Assembly: GCA_964016885.1 (NCBI GenBank)
Contig: OZ024743.1
Span: 67,022,001 to 67,086,000, forward strand
From: Eledone cirrhosa
Taxonomy: Eukaryota
Direction of reading: 5' to 3'
Length of the DNA stretch: 64,000 bases
Shown here piece after piece: positions 58,773-64,000 of the stretch (its first letter is position 1; each line of letters opens with the position of its first letter). The position numbers and the translations under genes are program-made. The notes below the pieces were generated by a model, which saw only the letters and a program-made list of their open reading frames with translations, was not told the DNA's origin and made no database searches.

Positions 58773-61459
58773 TGCACACACACACACACAGACTTACGCA
58801 CACATACACACACTGTGCTATATATGTGAATGAATGAACAAGTCGATGTGTACGTGCTGATGGTTGTATATATCTGTTTGTGTGTAGACGTCTATACGTG
58901 TGCGCATATGTCGATATGTGGGCGTACGCTTTTGTGCATGGCTGCACAATTGCACTCAGAAGGTTTTTCTACTAATGAATGCTTTGGAGCAAATACGTGT
59001 CTCTGAATTCATCATTGGATTCTCTACCTGTAGCTTATTGTTCACTATCTATTGTTATTGTTGTTGTAGTGGCTGTTATTCCTGGCATATTTTGTAGAGC
59101 TCACAATCGTAAAATCAAAATCGTGAGATCGATTACCAGGCTGGTCGGCTTTTTTGTGACTTTCACCAAGTTACTTTATTTTACATTGCTCCAGTTCACT
59201 CAGCTGGAAATATAAGTTGATACGAGACTTTTTGTAAGTTGTAACGGTCTTTGCCTTTCCCTTGAGCAACATGTGTGGCCTGAAGATTGGAATCTTATAT
59301 ACATAGGAGGCTGTTTTCCACACACACACACACAAATAAAAAGACATCGCTCAGTTTTGCACCTCGAATAGGAACTTTCTACGTACTAATCCATTTAACG
59401 TCTAGTTGAAAATATTATTACAACTCATCACTGGAACAAATAAAGTATTATTACTTATTAGTTTATCTTTTACATTTAGCTTTAGGTCTGTTTTAAGAAT
59501 ATTTTTCATTACTTTTCTTTCATTTGTGTGTAATATTTAAATATTCGTAAGTCTGTGTTTAGTCTCATTCTCTTATCTCTGTTTCTTTATCTAAAATGAT
59601 ATCAGTGTTTTTAATTATTTTTTTCTCACTTCGAGGTTTATTTGGTGTAATTTTCAAACCTGAATTTCATATCGATTCCTATGGTCAATCGGTGTAATGT
59701 CTGTAGTGTTATTTCTAATTGTTTATTATCTGTGGCGTACAATGTGCTGGGCGTCTATATACAAATGGTAGTTGCTTGTCCTCTCATAGTCTTTATATTT
59801 AAATAGAGTCTACTTTAACATGTTGGTTAAAGGTGTTAATGCCAAATAGAAAACGAAAGCGAGAAGAAATCCTCTTCGAATATTCCTCTTCTAATGGAGA
59901 TAGTAGAAATTATAAAACCGAGCTCTAACTGCTTGTATCACTCGGTTAACTTACCCTTCGTTCTTGACGTGATGTATGAACCTTTTGTTTTTATTATTGG
60001 AGATCCCTCCGGCTTGATAAAATAAATTAACAGTTAGTACTGGGATCGACATGATTGATTTTCCTCTTCCATCAAATTGCTGGACGTGTGTCGAAGCTAG
60101 AAAGAATATCATTGGGGATCCCTTACCAATGGTTGTGGAGGCGAGGGGTCTAGGGCTAAGTGTATTGGACTTACGACTATAATGTGGTGCGTTCGATTCC
60201 TGGGCTGGGTTGTGTGTTGTATTCTTGAGCAAAACACTTCATTTCACCATGCTCCCCTATACTCAGCTGAAAATGAGTACCAGCAATACTTGGAGGTTTA
60301 ACCCTGCGATGGATTGGCGTCCTGTCCAGGGGCTCTTGTACTTTCAGTTGTTTCGCGTTATGAACCCGGGATAAGCACCGACCAGACGAGCCTCCTAGCT
60401 TGAAACAAAGTTTAGCGCTTATAAATGGTCAGTGTTTCTAGAATCAATATGAGTATAACACTTAACATTTCTGTTAGTCAATACAAACCACATTCATCCT
60501 TTCTTCTTTTATAACACAGTCCCCCAAGTTATCTATATAAGTATCCAGGATGTGTATAAGAGTCGAAGATGGTTTCAATAAAACTGGGCAAAACATCAAA
60601 CAACGGCTAGGAGTTGACTGTCTGGTGGTAATGGTAGTGGTAATGGTGGTGGTGGGGTGGTTGTGGTAGTATCGATAAAATCCTAAGTGATGACAGTGGC
60701 TCTACAAAGTTCAGGAATCGAGAACATTTAATTTTAAATGTTCAGAATTTAAAAAGTTAATTATATATGAAATAAAGAGGTTGTTCAAACTTCTATTCTC
60801 TAATTCACAGCAATGTTTTCTGTGGCGTGTTGCCAATATCAACAACGTATTTGAATTACTGTATAAATTCTGGAGAAAATAAGAATTTCATAATTCATAT
60901 TATAGCACTATATTTAAGAATGTAGTTGCATTCATTTTAACCTCGCTTTTTGTTTTCATTCATAGAATGTTTCACTCTATCACCTCTGTCTACGTTTTTT
61001 TTTTTTACTGAAAATGGAAAGTTACTACTAATAATCCTATTAACATAATATAGGAAATATTATTTCTTTCCTTCACTGGTTTGAGTCATTAGACTGCAAC
61101 TATGCTGGGGTACCGCTTCAAAGGGGATTCAGTTGATCATATTGATTTCAGTAACGAATTTCTTTTCAAATCTGGTACTTAAATTATCTATCTGTATTTT
61201 GTCGAACCACTACGTTAAAGCTCACAGACATTAGAAAAAACACAGACACAGATGTAACCATAAACACGAACACACACACACACACACATATATAGTGGTA
61301 AAAAACCGGGTAATTATATCCGAAGTGCAGGAGTGCATTCTTGATGATTTCATACGAATGAAACTGATCTAGTCCTGTATATATTAAATTTAGTTGAAAC
61401 TCACTCTACTATTCTATTTAGTACCTTACTTACTGTGATTACCCCTAATTTCACCCGGG

Positions 61460-61505
<46 letters not shown>

Positions 61506-61822
61506 CATCATCCACTTTTCTAAAAAATAAATCATGCACAAAACGCCACCACCAACAGATTTCCAAGAGATGTCAAAACATGAATGGACCTGTTATTTTT
61601 ATCTAAAGACATTTTATCCCTTCAATCTATCTTATTTCTCATTCTTTCTTCTGATGAAGGACTGGCATCCGCCACGTTAAGACCCACTTCCTGCTATTTC
61701 AAGCGTTTACCCAATATATTCCTTCCATATAGTGTACCGATGGTGTTGTTATTTCTGTTTACCTTATATATATATATATATATATATGACTATTTTGAGT
61801 TTGTAACTCAATATCTGATATT

Positions 61823-61856
<34 letters not shown>

Positions 61857-61859
61857 TAT

Positions 61860-61927
<68 letters not shown>

Positions 61928-62260
61928 CACCCTCTTTCTAATTCTTTCTTTCTCATTGATATCTCTCTCAGTCTCTTACTCGTTCTGTCTCTGTTGTCAT
62001 CTATCTTAGGCTCTACATCTTGTCTCTCCATTCCCTGCTATAATGATATGCTTCCTGATATAAGTCTATGCAAGAGTAGACCGTGTGAAAATAATGTACT
62101 CCTGTATATACCCCTAAATGTAAATGTACCCAGATATATACACCCATCCCAAACTCTAAACATTAAAATATTCATATTTTAATTCACATTCCTAAACACA
62201 TATACATTTACATGTATATACACATGTATATACTGAGATAACACCTTGTGTGTATGTATG

Positions 62261-62333
<73 letters not shown>

Positions 62334-62354
62334 TTGCATGCCGCCTGTGTGTAT

Positions 62355-62420
<66 letters not shown>

Positions 62421-62424
62421 ATGT

Positions 62425-63004
62425 CAGGTCACCAGTTGGTGCTACTGGTAACATGTATCCCAGTACAACCTGTCTCATGGTTAGGTCGTTGGCGACTAAA
62501 TTGGCAATCCCACCAAGGTTTCTTGGTGAGGAGGGTGACTTTGGACATCCTGCAGGACTAAAAACAAAAGCTCTCAACGGGCAAAGGACCTCTTAAGAGT
62601 CAATGGCCATCCAAAATCACCGGGAGAGATGACCCCTTAGCCTTTGTCAAGGCAAAATTCTAGGAGAAGGAAAACTCTGATATAACACCTGCAACCCTGA
62701 TGATAGCGAATGATGTTGACTTGTTCTTCTTTTTGGTAAATATCATCTTGGTTAAGAGAGTGGGACTGGCTTTGTGCAGTGCCTTTGCTCACTATAAAAG
62801 CTTCACGGCAGAGGCATTGCTTTATATCTGGAGATCTCTCTGCACTTGTCACTATGTGACAATAATTGTCACAAGTATAGTGTTTGTACCAGAGTTTTCA
62901 AGTCGCTGGCTGGACTAAAAAGTCACACTCGTTCAGCGCATCGGTAGGGGTTCTCCTACATGGATATAAAGTAGTGGCCGTACTCGAAAACGAGTTGGCA
63001 GCCA

Positions 63005-63007
<3 letters not shown>
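62425..63007 (+). mobile_element. Second copy of the ~600-bp interspersed element
   Basis: Reverse complement of 28205-28812 with a ~25-nt indel. Confidence 0.85.
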
Positions 63008-63075
<68 letters not shown>

Positions 63076-63424
63076 TGGCTTACTGGTTGGAGCTTGGAGT
63101 TGACAATGATCAAGTTGTGAGTTCAATCCCAAAACCAGGTGATGTATTGTGCTCTGGAGCAAACCATTTCAATTCACATTGCTCCAGTTCATGCAGATGT
63201 AGAAAGGAGTTGCGACGTCACTGGTGCCAAAGTTGTATTGGCCATTGACGTTTCCATTCGACAACATCGTTGGCCTGGAGAGGGGAGGTGGTATATATAG
63301 GCGACTGCGGGTCTTCCAGAAACAAATTTGTTTGGAATTTGCCTTGGATGGGGAACTTTCTAGGAGTCAATGCCATGGTCGTTCCTGATCGAAGGGTGTC
63401 TTTCTTTTACTTTACATATTTAGT

Positions 63425-63480
<56 letters not shown>

Positions 63481-63484
63481 TATA

Positions 63485-63857
63485 TATATTTGAAAAAAAA
63501 AGGAAAAGAATGACTTCACTTGTAGTTCTAAATAATTTGATTTAATTTTATAATATTATAATAATTGTTTCTAATTTTGGCACAAGGCCAGCAATTATAC
63601 TGTATTACTGGTACTTTATTTTATCGACCCCGTAAGGATGAAAGGCAAAGTTAACCTCGGCCGGATTTGAACTCAGTCCGTAAAGGGACATAACTGTGCT
63701 GGAAAGCATGGCGTCCGACCCTCTACCGATACTGCCAATCCACCAATATTATAGTATTATGAAATTAAATCAAATTATTTAGCACTACAAGTGAAGTCAT
63801 TCTCTTCCTTTTTTTTCAAATATACCTAACTGTACCAAGGACGTCACACATTTTCCA

Positions 63858-63858
<1 letters not shown>
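63485..63858 (+). mobile_element. Fold-back pLTR mini-element with 34-nt tail; full tRNA SINE (about 63560-63745, minus) inserted at its centre
   Basis: 63485-63555 mirrors 63750-63824; aatattata flanks the SINE; tail matches 16002-16035. Confidence 0.8.
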
Positions 63859-63898
<40 letters not shown>

Positions 63899-63916
63899 CA
63901 TTTTATTAAGGTGGGT

Positions 63917-63966
63917 TCTTGTCTGATGACCCTGTGATAAACAGGCGAACCTTCAGAGTAACAAGG
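63917..63966 (+). ncRNA. Type-I HHR with one core substitution
   Basis: TCTTGT-CTGATGA-cCCTGT gataa ACAGGc-GAA(C)-CT tcag AG-TA-ACAAGG. Confidence 0.65.
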
Positions 63967-64000
63967 CTCATTATGTAGCATTAAATTAATGGTGGGTTGG

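Overview
Repeat-saturated eukaryotic genomic DNA, most likely an octopus or other cephalopod (inferred from the tRNA-derived SINE families and the dense TA/CA/GA/TACA microsatellites). Nearly all ORF-track entries are microsatellite artefacts. Recognisable content: a near full-length but frameshifted Tx1/L1-type LINE (about 21.75-27.3 kb, minus), four Penelope-like element (PLE) RT/GIY-YIG fragments from three apparent lineages, RTE and CRE LINE 3' fragments, many SINEs, a non-autonomous Helitron, two TA-flanked MITE candidates and several minisatellites. The main signal not shown by the ORF track is about 22 type-I hammerhead ribozyme (HHR) motifs, intact or decayed, in PLE terminal-repeat (pLTR) remnants. 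They include a compensated U3-A8 core variant (UUGANAA) in two different stem contexts, U4A cores, and stem-II extensions of roughly 35-85 nt. Many sit in ORF-less 'fold-back plus one-sided tail' mini-elements embedded in (TA)n. A speculative three-exon model would turn a (GGTGAN)n array into a Gly-Asp/Glu acidic protein. All calls were made by eye, so coordinates may be off by a few nt and family names are unverified by database search.
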